Sequence record: OW849071.1
Direction: 5' to 3' (one strand)
Length of the DNA: 64,000 nt
From: a plasmid
Shown here: positions 55,384 to 64,000 of the stretch, in pieces
How the letters are laid out: the number at the start of each line of letters is the position of its first letter
Position numbering within the stretch: position 1 is the first letter of the stretch
Made by a program: the position numbers and the translations under genes
Notes under the pieces: generated by a model
Told to the model about the DNA's origin: nothing
What the model saw: the letters and a program-made list of their open reading frames with translations, nothing else
Database searches by the model: none

Positions 55384-56346
55384 TCAGCGCCAAAGGCCGC
55401 CAGTGCGCCAGCGTGGCGGACGTGGTGATACGGTCACTTCGGGGTCGAAACGGGCCGATGGAAACGGCGGCATCGCGGGCGGCGGAGCTAGTTCTAGCAA
55501 GCGCTCAATGCGTTCAGCCGTCGCTGGATGCGTGCGCAACCAGGAGGGTTCCGGATTGCCCCATCCGGGCAGCAGCCAGGCGCGCCAGGAGCGGCTCACC
55601 CGCTCGATCTTGGCGAGCGCTGAGGCCAGCCCGTGCGGGTCGCCGGTCAATTCGGCAGCGAGCCGGTCGGCGTCGAATTCGCGCACCCTGGACAAGCCCA
55701 ACTGAGCCAGCAAGGCCAGCTGTGGCGCGACCGCAAGTAGAAGCAACGCGGGCCAATTGACTTCCGTGACTCCAAGCAATAGCGTTGGCAAACTGAGCAC
55801 GATCGCAAGCTGCCCCAACAAGGCCAGAAGATGGGTGAGCCGGCTGATGGAATCGGCCAAGCCCATGACACGCAAATCCTCGTTCGCAATATGCGCGATT
55901 TCGTGGCCGAGCACGCCGGTCAACTCGCGGGGCGTGAGGCTACGCAGCAGGCCGTCGGTCAGCGCGATGGCCGCGTGATGCTTCGAACCGGTGGCGAAGG
56001 CGTTGACGACCCCGCTGGGCACGTAGTGCGGTACCGGCACGGTAGGCAGCCCGGCCCGCGCCGCCAGTTCGCGCAACACAGCCCAAAGATCGGGCGCTTC
56101 ATCCGGGTGCAGGGGGCGTGCGCCATACAGCCGCAAGGTCAGCCCGGAGGCGGCCGCCGGTTCAAGCAGCAGGGTGAACCCCGCAGCCGCAAGCGCCAGC
56201 CAAAGCCCGCCGTCACCCAACAGCAGGCTGCCAGCGACGGCGGCAATTCCGAGCAGGGTCAGCACCAACAGCACGGTTTGCAGGCGATTGTGCCAGCGAT
56301 GCCGCGCGCCGACATTCTGCGCGTGGCGCAGATCACGACTGATCAT
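55384..56346 (-). CDS. M48/HtpX-like zinc metalloprotease (tLST-type)
   Basis: An HEIAH zinc motif and four TM helices are present. The likely start is MISRDL at 56346. The long ORF to 56427 overlaps the psiE stop. Confidence 0.7.
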   Translation of the reverse strand: MISRDLRHAQNVGARHRWHNRLQTVLLVLTLLGIAAVAGSLLLGDGGLWLALAAAGFTLLLEPAAASGLTLRLYGARPLHPDEAPDLWAVLRELAARAGLPTVPVPHYVPSGVVNAFATGSKHHAAIALTDGLLRSLTPRELTGVLGHEIAHIANEDLRVMGLADSISRLTHLLALLGQLAIVLSLPTLLLGVTEVNWPALLLLAVAPQLALLAQLGLSRVREFDADRLAAELTGDPHGLASALAKIERVSRSWRAWLLPGWGNPEPSWLRTHPATAERIERLLELAPPPAMPPFPSARFDPEVTVSPRPPRWRTGGLWR

Positions 56347-56821
56347 CTGAGCTTTCCCCGGCTGTCCGGTCATCGCGCTCGCGCAGCAGCCAGTAAGTCG
56401 CCCCGAGGGCCAGTGTCGCGCCTGCAAGCGCCGCGACCTTGGCGGGGCCGGTCTCCGGGTCGAGGATCACGAATTTACGCGCCAGGGCGATCAGCCCGAT
56501 CAGGATCACCGTCTTGACCTGGATGATGCTGTCGCGCCGCAAGGCCACCCTCACGATGGAATGCTTGAACTCCATGGCAATGAGCAGCGTCATGATCATG
56601 CCGAACACGGTCTGGAAGACCTTGTGATCGAGCGGATTGAATGCATCAATGATCAGCAGGCTGAAGACGATCGAGATCAGCTGCAGCAGCGAGACCACGA
56701 TGATAACGGCAATGATTGCGGACAGCGCGAGCGCGATCACCTGTTCAAAGCGCTCGTAGAACGTCATCACTGCCCATTGGGCGCGAAATGTTTTGATCGG
56801 GTCTGCTTGCTTTTCCTTCAT
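56333..56821 (-). CDS. psiE: PsiE-family phosphate-starvation-inducible membrane protein
   Basis: Four TM helices with ...AMEFKHSIVRVALRRDSIIQVKTVILIGLIALARKFVILD, similar to the PsiE core. The start is MKEKQAD at 56821. Confidence 0.7.
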   Translation of the reverse strand: MKEKQADPIKTFRAQWAVMTFYERFEQVIALALSAIIAVIIVVSLLQLISIVFSLLIIDAFNPLDHKVFQTVFGMIMTLLIAMEFKHSIVRVALRRDSIIQVKTVILIGLIALARKFVILDPETGPAKVAALAGATLALGATYWLLRERDDRTAGESSDDQS

Positions 56822-57082
56822 CGCCACTCCTCTCAATTCTGAAATACTTGTGCGCCCACAACTTGGTTGCACCCTTGTCTTTTTTGCCTGGTAGAGCGCG
56901 CTGTCCGCCTGCAGCATCACCTGCTCGACAGAGTGCAAACGGGGGTCAAGGAGAGCCCCCCCCATGCTGGCGCTATAGCTGATCGACACCTCTCCACACA
57001 CCACCGCTGTCGCCGCAGTGTCCTGACGAAATCGCTCCGCCCATACTTGGGCGCCTTCTATCGATGCCGCTTCCAACAACAC
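56822..57082 (-). pseudogene. 3' fragment of a GGDEF-domain gene, in frame upstream of psiE
   Basis: LLDPRLHSVEQVMLQADSALYQAKKTRV matches the C-terminal end of GGDEF domains. There is no upstream remainder of the gene. Confidence 0.35.
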
Positions 57083-57319
57083 AGCGAATTCCTCCCCCCA
57101 ATCCGGGCAGCCATGTCGGTTGCGCGAACATGTTCCCTCAACCGTGAAGCAAAGGGGTCGGTGATCACCATACGCAGCAACTGCTGCTCTATTTCCTTGC
57201 GAGAAGAGATGTCGAACAGAGTACCGACTATCAGTTGCCTGCCCGCGTCACCCAGCCATGGGCCTTGTTCCTCGAAAGTCGAGTTGCCAGAGGATCAGGT
57301 GAACAGATGGGCCGCGCCG

Positions 57320-57520
57320 TCACGCGAACGGATGGCCAGCGAGCGGGAGGGCAGTGCCGCCGCTGATGAGCAGTCCCCACGGCGTGGCCGACTGCTCATC
57401 ACGCTTGTAGACGCCCGCGTGACCTGCGGCCACGACCGCCACCGCGATCGAGGCCAGGGAGGCTGCCCATGCCAGTGCCAGGCCGATGGGGTCGGACACG
57501 GCAGCCTCGCCCGCCATCAA
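57320..57520 (-). CDS. Small hydrophobic ORF (66 aa) translationally coupled to the clpK stop
   Basis: ATGA overlap with the clpK stop, and a TM-like AAA/V-rich segment. Composition bias from the high GC makes this uncertain. Confidence 0.3.
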   Translation of the reverse strand: MMAGEAAVSDPIGLALAWAASLASIAVAVVAAGHAGVYKRDEQSATPWGLLISGGTALPLAGHPFA

Positions 57521-60312
57521 GATGCGTCACTCGCCTTCGCGGCATCCGGCTGCTCCGGCTCGGCCGGGGTCTGCGGTGGCTCTTTGCGTTCGAACACCAC
57601 GCGTTCGGCCTTGTCGTCCCAGCGTGCGCTGGCGTGATCGCCCTTGCCGATGCCGCCGCCGAGCATCTCGCGCGCCAGCGCAGTTTCCAGCTCGCTGCGG
57701 ATCAGGCGCTTGAGTTCACGCGCACCGAACTCGGGCTTGTAGCCTTCTTCCGCGAAATGGTCGATCAGCGTCTGATCGAAAGTGAGCGTCACGCCCTGGC
57801 TGGCGGCGCTGCGCGCCACGCGATCGAGCTGCAGGCCGACGATGTGGCGGATCTCCTCCTTGCCCAGCGCATGGAAGACGATGATCTCGTCGATGCGGTT
57901 GAGGAACTCGGGCCGGAAATGGCCGCGCAGCACGTCCATGACTCCGGCCTTGGTCTTTTCGTACTCCTCGCCGGCCGCCCCGCGCGCCTTCAGCCGTCGC
58001 TGGATGATGTCCGAACCCAGGTTGGACGTGGCGATGATGATGGTGTTGGTGAAATCCACCACCCGGCCCTTGCCGTCGGTGAGGCGACCGTCGTCGAACA
58101 CTTGCAGCAGGATGTTGTATACGTCAGGGTGTGCCTTCTCGATCTCGTCGAGCAGCAGCACGCTGTAGGGCTTGCGCCGCACCTTCTCGGTGAGCTGACC
58201 GCCTTCGTCGTAACCGACATAGCCCGGAGGCGCGCCCACCAATCGCGCCACGGTATGGCGTTCGCCATATTCCGACATGTCGATGCGCAACAGGGCGTGC
58301 TCATCGCCGTAGATCGATTCGGCCAATGCCTTGGCGAGCTCGGTCTTGCCCACCCCGGTCGGGCCCAGAAACAGGAAGGTAGCCACCGGTTTGCTGCCTT
58401 CACGCAGGCCGGCGCGGGACAGCCGCACGGCATCGGCCACGGCACGGACCGCCTCGTCTTGTCCCACCAGGCGCTCGTGCAGCCGTTGTTCCAAGTGCAG
58501 CAGCTTTTCGCGCTCTTCCACCGTCAACTCGTTGACCGGGATGCCGGTCAGGCGCGAGACGATCTGCGCCACGTGTTCCGCCTTGACCTCGGCACTGCCG
58601 GAGGCCCGCTCCCGCTCCCAGTCCTCGACGAGCTTCTTGAGCTCGGCCTCCTTGGCTTCGATGCGCTTCCCGAGCTCGGCGGCCTGGTCGTACTGCTTGC
58701 GCGCGGCCACGTAATCCTGTTCACGCCGCAGCTGGTGCAGTTCGGACTCCAGCTCCTGCACGGCCACCGGCCGGGCCGTGGCCGACAGCTTCACGCGCGC
58801 GGCCGCCTGGTCGAGCAAGTCGATTGCCTTGTCCGGCAGGAAGCGCGCCGTGATGTAGCGGTCGGACAACTCGGCCGCCGCGATGATCGCGTCCTCGGAG
58901 ATGCTGACCTTGTGGTGCGCCTCGAAGGTGTCGCGCAGGCCGCGCAGAATCATGATGGCCTGGGCCACCGTCGGCTCGGGTACCGTCACCGGCTGGAAGC
59001 GCCGCTCCAGTGCGGCATCCTTCTCGATGTATTTCTGGTACTCGTTCAGCGTCGTGGCGCCGATCAGGTTGAGTTCACCGCGCGCCATCATCGGTTTGAA
59101 CACGTTGGCCACGTCCAGCCCGCCTTCGCCACCGCCCTGGCCGGCACCGACGATGGTGTGCACCTCGTCGATGAACAAAATCAGCTCGCCCTGGTGCTCG
59201 GTCACCTCCTTCAGCACCTTCTGCACGCGCTCCTCGAACTCGCCGCGATATTTGGCGCCGGCCACCATGGCGTTGATGTTGAGTTCCACCAGGCGCTTGT
59301 CGCGCAAGGTCTCGGGCACTTCACCCGCCACCATGCGCTGCGCCAGCCCTTCGACGATGGCGGTCTTGCCCACACCCGGCTCGCCGATCAGCACCGGGTT
59401 GTTCTTCTTGCGCCGGGCCAGCACCTCGATGGTGGTTTCGATCTCCTGCGCGCGGCCGATCACCGGGTCGAGCTTGCCGTCGCGCGCCATCTTGGTCAGG
59501 TCGCGCGAGTACTTGTCGAGTTCTGGCGTGTTGGTCGGCGTCTCAGCGCGGCCATCCTCGGCGCCCTTGCCGACCACCTTGCTGACCTGTTGGCGCAGCG
59601 CCTGCGGCGTCAGGCCGTAGCGGCGCAGCAGGTTGGCGGCCAGCCCTTCGCCTTCCTCAGCCAGACCGATCAGGAAATGCTCTGGACCGACATAAGAATG
59701 GCCGAGTTCATTGGAGGCCACGAAGGCGCGGCTGAGCGCATCCTTCACGCGCGGCGACACGCCGATCTCGCCCTCGAAGGGCTTGTCCCCGCGCTTGGCC
59801 TCAGACTCGATCTGCCGCTTGAGGTCATCGACCTTGATCTTGAACTGACCCAGGATGGTCTTGACCACGTCGCTGTCGGCCAGCGCCAGCAGCAGATGTT
59901 CGGTATCCACCTCGGAGCGGCCAAATTCGGCAGCGTGTTTGGCGGCCTCCTGCAGCAAGGCTTCCGACTGTTCGCTGATGCGGCTGGCCAGCCCACTGCC
60001 GCGACGGCGCGGCGCACCCGAACCTGCGGCGGCGGGCTCGCCAAACGAGGCATCGACCACGTCATCGGTATCGGCGGCAACTGGCGTCGCGTCGTCGCCG
60101 ATGCGGAAGAAGTCACTGCCGAGGAAGTCCTCGAACAGGCCGCTGCGCGAGCCGAACAAGGCTTCCAGCGGCGAAACGGTGCGCTTTTGCTGGCGCACTA
60201 ATTGCCGGTAATGGTCGTCGCACAACAGCATGGTGCTGTGACGACCGTTGAGATTGGCTTCCACCCGCACGGTGGCGGGTTGGCCGCAGACCTGGCATTG
60301 TTTTCTGGCCAT
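57517..60312 (-). CDS. clpK: ClpK/ClpG stand-alone AAA+ disaggregase (heat-resistance ClpB-like ATPase)
   Basis: It has an N-terminal zinc-binding motif ([13 protein letters not shown]...CDDHY) and two AAA+ modules ([16 protein letters not shown]). An AGGAG Shine-Dalgarno sits 6 nt before the ATG at 60312. The longer ORF to 60375 includes repeat-encoded LVNLVNLVN. Confidence 0.9.
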   Translation of the reverse strand: MARKQCQVCGQPATVRVEANLNGRHSTMLLCDDHYRQLVRQQKRTVSPLEALFGSRSGLFEDFLGSDFFRIGDDATPVAADTDDVVDASFGEPAAAGSGAPRRRGSGLASRISEQSEALLQEAAKHAAEFGRSEVDTEHLLLALADSDVVKTILGQFKIKVDDLKRQIESEAKRGDKPFEGEIGVSPRVKDALSRAFVASNELGHSYVGPEHFLIGLAEEGEGLAANLLRRYGLTPQALRQQVSKVVGKGAEDGRAETPTNTPELDKYSRDLTKMARDGKLDPVIGRAQEIETTIEVLARRKKNNPVLIGEPGVGKTAIVEGLAQRMVAGEVPETLRDKRLVELNINAMVAGAKYRGEFEERVQKVLKEVTEHQGELILFIDEVHTIVGAGQGGGEGGLDVANVFKPMMARGELNLIGATTLNEYQKYIEKDAALERRFQPVTVPEPTVAQAIMILRGLRDTFEAHHKVSISEDAIIAAAELSDRYITARFLPDKAIDLLDQAAARVKLSATARPVAVQELESELHQLRREQDYVAARKQYDQAAELGKRIEAKEAELKKLVEDWERERASGSAEVKAEHVAQIVSRLTGIPVNELTVEEREKLLHLEQRLHERLVGQDEAVRAVADAVRLSRAGLREGSKPVATFLFLGPTGVGKTELAKALAESIYGDEHALLRIDMSEYGERHTVARLVGAPPGYVGYDEGGQLTEKVRRKPYSVLLLDEIEKAHPDVYNILLQVFDDGRLTDGKGRVVDFTNTIIIATSNLGSDIIQRRLKARGAAGEEYEKTKAGVMDVLRGHFRPEFLNRIDEIIVFHALGKEEIRHIVGLQLDRVARSAASQGVTLTFDQTLIDHFAEEGYKPEFGARELKRLIRSELETALAREMLGGGIGKGDHASARWDDKAERVVFERKEPPQTPAEPEQPDAAKASDAS

Positions 60313-60327
60313 GCTGATGCTCCTGAG

Positions 60328-60363
60328 AAGGTTGACAAGGTTGACAAGGTTGACAAGGTTGAG
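60328..60363. repeat. 4 x 9-bp tandem repeat AAGGTTGAC (last copy AAGGTTGAG) in the clpK leader
   Basis: The perfect tandem array lies immediately 5' of the clpK Shine-Dalgarno, read on the coding strand. A GACGAGGC...GCCTCGTC hairpin lies at 60366-60396. Confidence 0.65.
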
Positions 60364-60435
60364 GCGACGAGGCATCGCGAACCGCGACGCCTCGTCTCGT
60401 GCCGGGTTTTTCTTGTGACGAACGAGCCGGCGACG

Positions 60436-61005
60436 TCAGCCGTTGATCGGGATCGAGCGTCCCTGCTTCGGCGCGCTGACCTCGCGCTTGTCGATCGTGA
60501 CCGTGAGCACCCCGTTCTTGAACGATGCTTTGATCGAATCCTGGTTGGCGTCGTCAGGCAGGTTCAAGGCACGCTGAAAGCTGCCGTAGGAGCGCTCCAC
60601 ACGGTGGAAGCCACCTTCCTTCTTCTCCTGTTCCTGGCGCTTCTCGCCACGCACCATCAGCACGTCGTTGTCGAGAGTGATCTGGATGTCCTTCTCCTCG
60701 ACACCGGGCACTTCCAGGGCAATCTTGTACTGCTTGTCGGTTTCCTGGATGTCCAGGGCCGGCTTCAGCATGCCCGACCAATCGGATGGCCACTGCGGCA
60801 TGTTCAACGCCGGAAAACCGAAGCCCCGGAATGCGTCATCGAACAGCCGGTCGATTTCCCGATGCAGTTGCAGGATCGGGCTGACTGGCCCGCTCGCCGC
60901 TGGCAGGTCATTGCGCTGCACCGGCAGGGAAGAGACGGTCTGCTGCTCTTGCTGCTCGTTCTTGAACCAGTTCCAGGGAGCCAACTTCTTGAAATCGATG
61001 TCCAT
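60436..61005 (-). CDS. Small heat-shock protein, Hsp20/alpha-crystallin family (tLST sHSP)
   Basis: The alpha-crystallin domain is KIALEVPGVEEKDIQITLDNDVLMVRGEK...GVLTVTIDK. Confidence 0.85.
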   Translation of the reverse strand: MDIDFKKLAPWNWFKNEQQEQQTVSSLPVQRNDLPAASGPVSPILQLHREIDRLFDDAFRGFGFPALNMPQWPSDWSGMLKPALDIQETDKQYKIALEVPGVEEKDIQITLDNDVLMVRGEKRQEQEKKEGGFHRVERSYGSFQRALNLPDDANQDSIKASFKNGVLTVTIDKREVSAPKQGRSIPING

Positions 61006-61039
61006 GTCATACCTCCAGAAAAATTGGAAAACGAGTTAC

Positions 61040-61321
61040 TCAAGCCCTTTGCCTGCTGTGACGGGCAGTGCGCCCAGGCGACACGGGCTGCTCGGATGAC
61101 TTCTGCTGTTCACGCTTGCGCATCACCTCCTTCTTTGCTGCGGCTCGGGTCTGATCATTGATCCACTGATCGATTTCACTTTGAGGAAACCGCCACGTCC
61201 CGCCCACCTTGAAAGCCGGAATTTCCCCGTGCGCGGCGAGCCGATAAAGCGTCCGCTTGCCGACTTTCAAGTACGCAGCCAATTCATCGAGCGTGAAAAT
61301 CACCTGTAGGTGCGCTTTCAT
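61040..61321 (-). CDS. Helix-turn-helix (excisionase/MerR-like) DNA-binding protein, tLST orf1-type
   Basis: LDELAAYLKVGKRTLYRLAAHGEIPAFKVGGTWRF is an HTH_17-like motif. Confidence 0.7.
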   Translation of the reverse strand: MKAHLQVIFTLDELAAYLKVGKRTLYRLAAHGEIPAFKVGGTWRFPQSEIDQWINDQTRAAAKKEVMRKREQQKSSEQPVSPGRTARHSRQRA

Positions 61322-61342
61322 CCCTGTAGGTGCGCTTTCATC
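61304..61342. repeat. Tandem duplication (2 x 19-20 bp) of the first codons of orf1
   Basis: ATGAAAGCGCACCTACAGG occurs twice in tandem on the minus strand. The upstream copy gives MKAHLQG followed by a stop. Confidence 0.6.
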
Positions 61343-61410
61343 TCACCCTCTCCAATCGCGTCGCTTTGCGGTTCCGGCCAAGGAAATCCTTGTAATACTT
61401 TGTAAGATAT

Positions 61411-62167
61411 TACGCTTACCATGACAGCCTTCAAGAGTCAATGTACAGCGTTCTCCCGCCCCATTGATGCAGGTCAACTGCTCAGGCAAGGCGCAGCGGG
61501 GCGGTCTGATCAGGCAATGGACAGCGCCTGGCTCGTCAGCCTGCGTGTACCACAGGCGCCTCGATCAAACACCGATCCTCACGTTGTAGCCGAGTGCCCG
61601 CAGCCCCTTGCTCGTCTGCATGTTCCTTGGCGGAAACTCGTCTGGGCGCGCCCAGACGACGATTTCCCCGAGGCTGCTCAGGCTAACGTGCGGAATTGCC
61701 CAGTCGTCGCTGCGGATCGCGTTCCAGAGTCGGGCCGAAACACTTCCGTTGCCCCAGACAACGTAGTTCAACAGTATCCGTCCGGCCAACACACCTTCCC
61801 GACACCGCCGCCGAAGGCCATGGCCCATCAAGCGGATTTTCCATGCGCCCTCAGCGCCGTACCTACAGCAAATCTTTCAAGGCTCAGGTCATTCAGGAGT
61901 GTTCTGAACCCGGTGCCTCCATCGCAAACATCGCCTTGGGCTACAGCCTCAATGCCAACCTCGACCACAAATGGATTCGGCTGCCTACCCAGAAAACCAC
62001 GGCTATCCAGCCAGCGTTCATCCCGTTGCCTTCTCAAATGCTCGGCGTGGGTTCGCATACTCAAGCGCGCTGCTGCGATCATGAGTTTGATCCAGTCGGC
62101 CCGTAATAATGGGCACGATCCGTATGCCTATCTCAAGGATGTGCTGACACGGTTGCCGTCCCTGTAA
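61411..62167 (+). mobile_element. IS66-family element remnant (IRL, tnpA-like ORF, fused C-terminal end of tnpC)
   Basis: TGTAAGATATTACGCTTAC at 61411 resembles an IS66 inverted repeat (GTAAGCG class). RRTYSKSFKAQVIQECSEPGASIANIALGYSLNANLDHKWIR matches IS66 OrfA. ...IQSARNNGHDPYAYLKDVLTRLPS matches the TnpC C-terminus. tnpB and most of tnpC are absent. Confidence 0.6.
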
Positions 62168-62288
62168 CAGCCTGAAGTTGACCTGGGTAATCAAATACCG
62201 GTGTAGTGATTAGGAAACAGGGCTCGGATAACATCATGGCGCAGGTCACCCTGATCTTGACCCTCCATCTCCGAACAGCTTTTGTATC

Positions 62289-62345
62289 TTAAGTTAACGA
62301 TGTCCGCTGCCGGTATTCCCTCGGGGAGTGATATCCCAGCGCGCT
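62289..62345 (-). pseudogene. Terminal 19-codon remnant of a DDE transposase/integrase-core gene
   Basis: [19 protein letters not shown] followed by a stop resembles IS3-family OrfB C-termini. Confidence 0.3.
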
Positions 62346-62352
62346 GTGCGGG

Positions 62353-63065
62353 TGGCTTCCATTTCCATCAGATGTCCTTCCTGCTCCGCTACTGAAGGCG
62401 TGGTGCGTAACGGCAAAAGCACTGCCGGACATCAGCGCTATCTCTGCTCTCACTGCCGTAAAACATGGCAACTACAGTTCACTTACACCGCCTCTCAGCC
62501 CGGTACGCACCAGAAAATCATTGATATGGCCATGAATGGCGTTGGATGCCGGGCAACCGCCCGCATTATGGGCGTTGGCCTCAACACGATTTTACGTCAC
62601 TTAAAAAACTCAGACCGCAGTCGGTAACCTCACGCATACAACCGGGCAGTGACGTCATTGTTTGCGCGGAAATGGACGAACAGTGGGGTTACGTCGGTGC
62701 TAAATCACGCCAGCGCTGGTTGTTTTACGCGTATGACAGGATACGGAGGACGGTTGTGGCGCACGTATTCGGTGAACGCACGTTGTCCACGCTGGAGCGT
62801 CTTCTGGGCCTGCTGTCGGCCTTTGAGGTCGTGGTATGGATGACGGATGGCTGGCCGCTTTATGAATCACGCCTGAAGGGAGAACTGCACGTTATCAGCA
62901 AGCGATATACGCAGCGCATTGAGCGGCATAACCTGAATCTGAGGCAGCATCTGGCAAGGCTGGGCAGGAAGTCACTGTCGTTCTCAAAATCGGTGGAGCT
63001 GCATGACAAAGTCATCGGGCATTATCTGAACATAAAACACTATCAGTAAGTTGGAGTCATTACCT
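62353..63065 (+). mobile_element. IS1, 5'-truncated (lacks IRL and about 55 bp), inverted relative to the first copy
   Basis: IS1 homology begins at the GTG start of insA (62353). The right end ...CTATCAGTAAGTTGGAGTCATTACC is intact and ends at 63065. insA is 62353-62627 and insB is 62546-63049. Confidence 0.85.
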
Positions 63066-63256
63066 TCTTTGCCGCCGGACATTGTCCGGCGCAACACCAA
63101 ACGGGTCTGGCGGGCTGAGCCAATCCCGCAGGCAAATTCAGCCCTTACCGGATGGCTCAGCCCCCTACTCATTGGAATTGGATATTCAACTTTCAGGGGC
63201 TACTGCGCCAGACTTCAGTCTTTAAAGTGATTGACTTAGCGCCTGGCACACTCAAT

Positions 63257-64000
63257 TTATTTAGGTAGCGGGCCTAATTGCACCCCATCAGGATAATACT
63301 TCCAGCCATCGCGAATTTTGACATTTTCATCCCACGGAAGTTTGTATTCGCCATTGGCAAGATCGCGCACCCAGGTCAGGTAATTCTCGCGTTCGCCTCC
63401 CGGTTTGCCGACATAGCCCCGGCAGCCAAGGTTGAAAATATTGTTTTCCAACGCCCAGTTTTCACGCGCTTTATCCACCAGGCGCGGGAACAGCTCTGCG
63501 GTAACAATTTCCCATGGGTTGCGGTGCCCCTGCTGAATGACGTTACCGTCATAATTGCAGACCGTACCCTCGCCGAAGTAATAAAAGACATCGTCATAAC
63601 CGGCCAGATTCACCGAAACGGTATACATCAGGTTTTGCCAGGCATTCGTCCGGTTGGTCCAGATCCACTGATCGTTCACCTGCGTGGAATAGCCCGAAAT
63701 ACGGATATAGACATTGCAGCCTTTATAAGCAGCCTCACGCGCCAGTTCCGGGAACATGCCGTCATGGCATATGCAGACGGCGAGTTTAGAACCTTTAGGC
63801 CCATCGCATACCGGCATTCCCATATTTCCCGGCATCCAGGGCTCAATCGGAACCCATGGTTGCAGCTTGCGGTAATGCAGAGCGATATCGCCCCGATCGT
63901 TAATGATAATAGCGGTGTTGTACGGTGGAAGAGACGGGTCTTCATTGCGCTCCATTAAGGAAAATACCCCCCAGATGCCGTTGCGGATACAGGCCTCTTT
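63257..64000 (-). CDS. Nitrilase-superfamily aliphatic amidase/formamidase (3' part; continues beyond the window)
   Basis: The C-terminal 232 aa carry the catalytic Cys context ([13 protein letters not shown]) and resemble AmiE/AmiF. The ORF is open to the window edge. Confidence 0.65.
   Translation of the reverse strand, partial: KEACIRNGIWGVFSLMERNEDPSLPPYNTAIIINDRGDIALHYRKLQPWVPIEPWMPGNMGMPVCDGPKGSKLAVCICHDGMFPELAREAAYKGCNVYIRISGYSTQVNDQWIWTNRTNAWQNLMYTVSVNLAGYDDVFYYFGEGTVCNYDGNVIQQGHRNPWEIVTAELFPRLVDKARENWALENNIFNLGCRGYVGKPGGERENYLTWVRDLANGEYKLPWDENVKIRDGWKYYPDGVQLGPLPK

Noticed and set aside
55831-57637. 228-aa and 256-aa plus-strand ORFs over the psiE/M48 region.
   Set aside because: They are high-GC antisense frames with Arg/Gly/Pro-rich translations.
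57469-60201. A 910-aa ORF on the plus strand.
   Set aside because: It is entirely antisense to clpK in about 65% GC DNA. Its Arg/Ala/Gly/Leu-rich low-complexity translation has no motifs, which is typical of a high-GC shadow frame.
60328-60363. A possible CRISPR-like or mini-satellite array.
   Set aside because: There are only four 9-bp units with no spacers. This is a simple tandem repeat in a 5' leader, not a CRISPR array.

Overview
This 64 kb window reads as a mosaic accessory region of a large enterobacterial plasmid of the Klebsiella IncFIB(K)/pKPN3 type. That attribution is inferred from gene content, not from any database search. In window order the contents are:

- RepFIB repA followed by its iteron field, then a short tyrosine recombinase.
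- An AT-rich c-di-GMP module: a GAF-GGDEF cyclase, an EAL gene remnant truncated by an IS903-like element, and a CSS-motif EAL phosphodiesterase split at a T8 tract.
- A BCCT transporter plus DUF2254 operon, and a complete IS1.
- A complete silver/copper island: silE, silRS, silCFBA, silG, silP, a DUF2933 peptide, an M23 peptidase, a PcoE paralog, pcoABCDRS and pcoE.
- An ISL3 element with a frameshifted transposase that truncates an aquaglyceroporin gene.
- A degenerate second ars cluster: arsR, arsH, an ECF-type sigma factor with a Cys tail, an arsD-like gene, a frameshifted arsA, and a PAT-family GNAT on each side.
- An intact R773-type arsRDABC operon on the minus strand.
- A GC-rich three-gene hypothetical operon lying behind 37-bp periodic repeats, then an AT-rich cluster of membrane protein, Hha-like protein, membrane protein and a small ORF.
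- A KacAT/TacAT-type GNAT toxin-antitoxin pair.
- Two related IS481/ISNCY-like transposases (the second truncated) and an IS3-family element.
- A high-GC truncated heat-resistance island (tLST/clpK type): HTH orf1, sHSP20, clpK, a deletion, psiE and an M48 peptidase.
- An IS66-family remnant, a 5'-truncated IS1 in inverted orientation, and a partial amidase/formamidase gene at the window edge.

Most large genes are known resistance determinants. The best candidates for undescribed biology are:

- The ECF sigma gene and the 14-bp palindrome inside the ars cluster.
- The GC-rich operon with periodic operator-like repeats.
- The homopolymer-interrupted c-di-GMP genes.
- The repeat-bearing clpK leader.
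- The membrane/Hha-like cluster.
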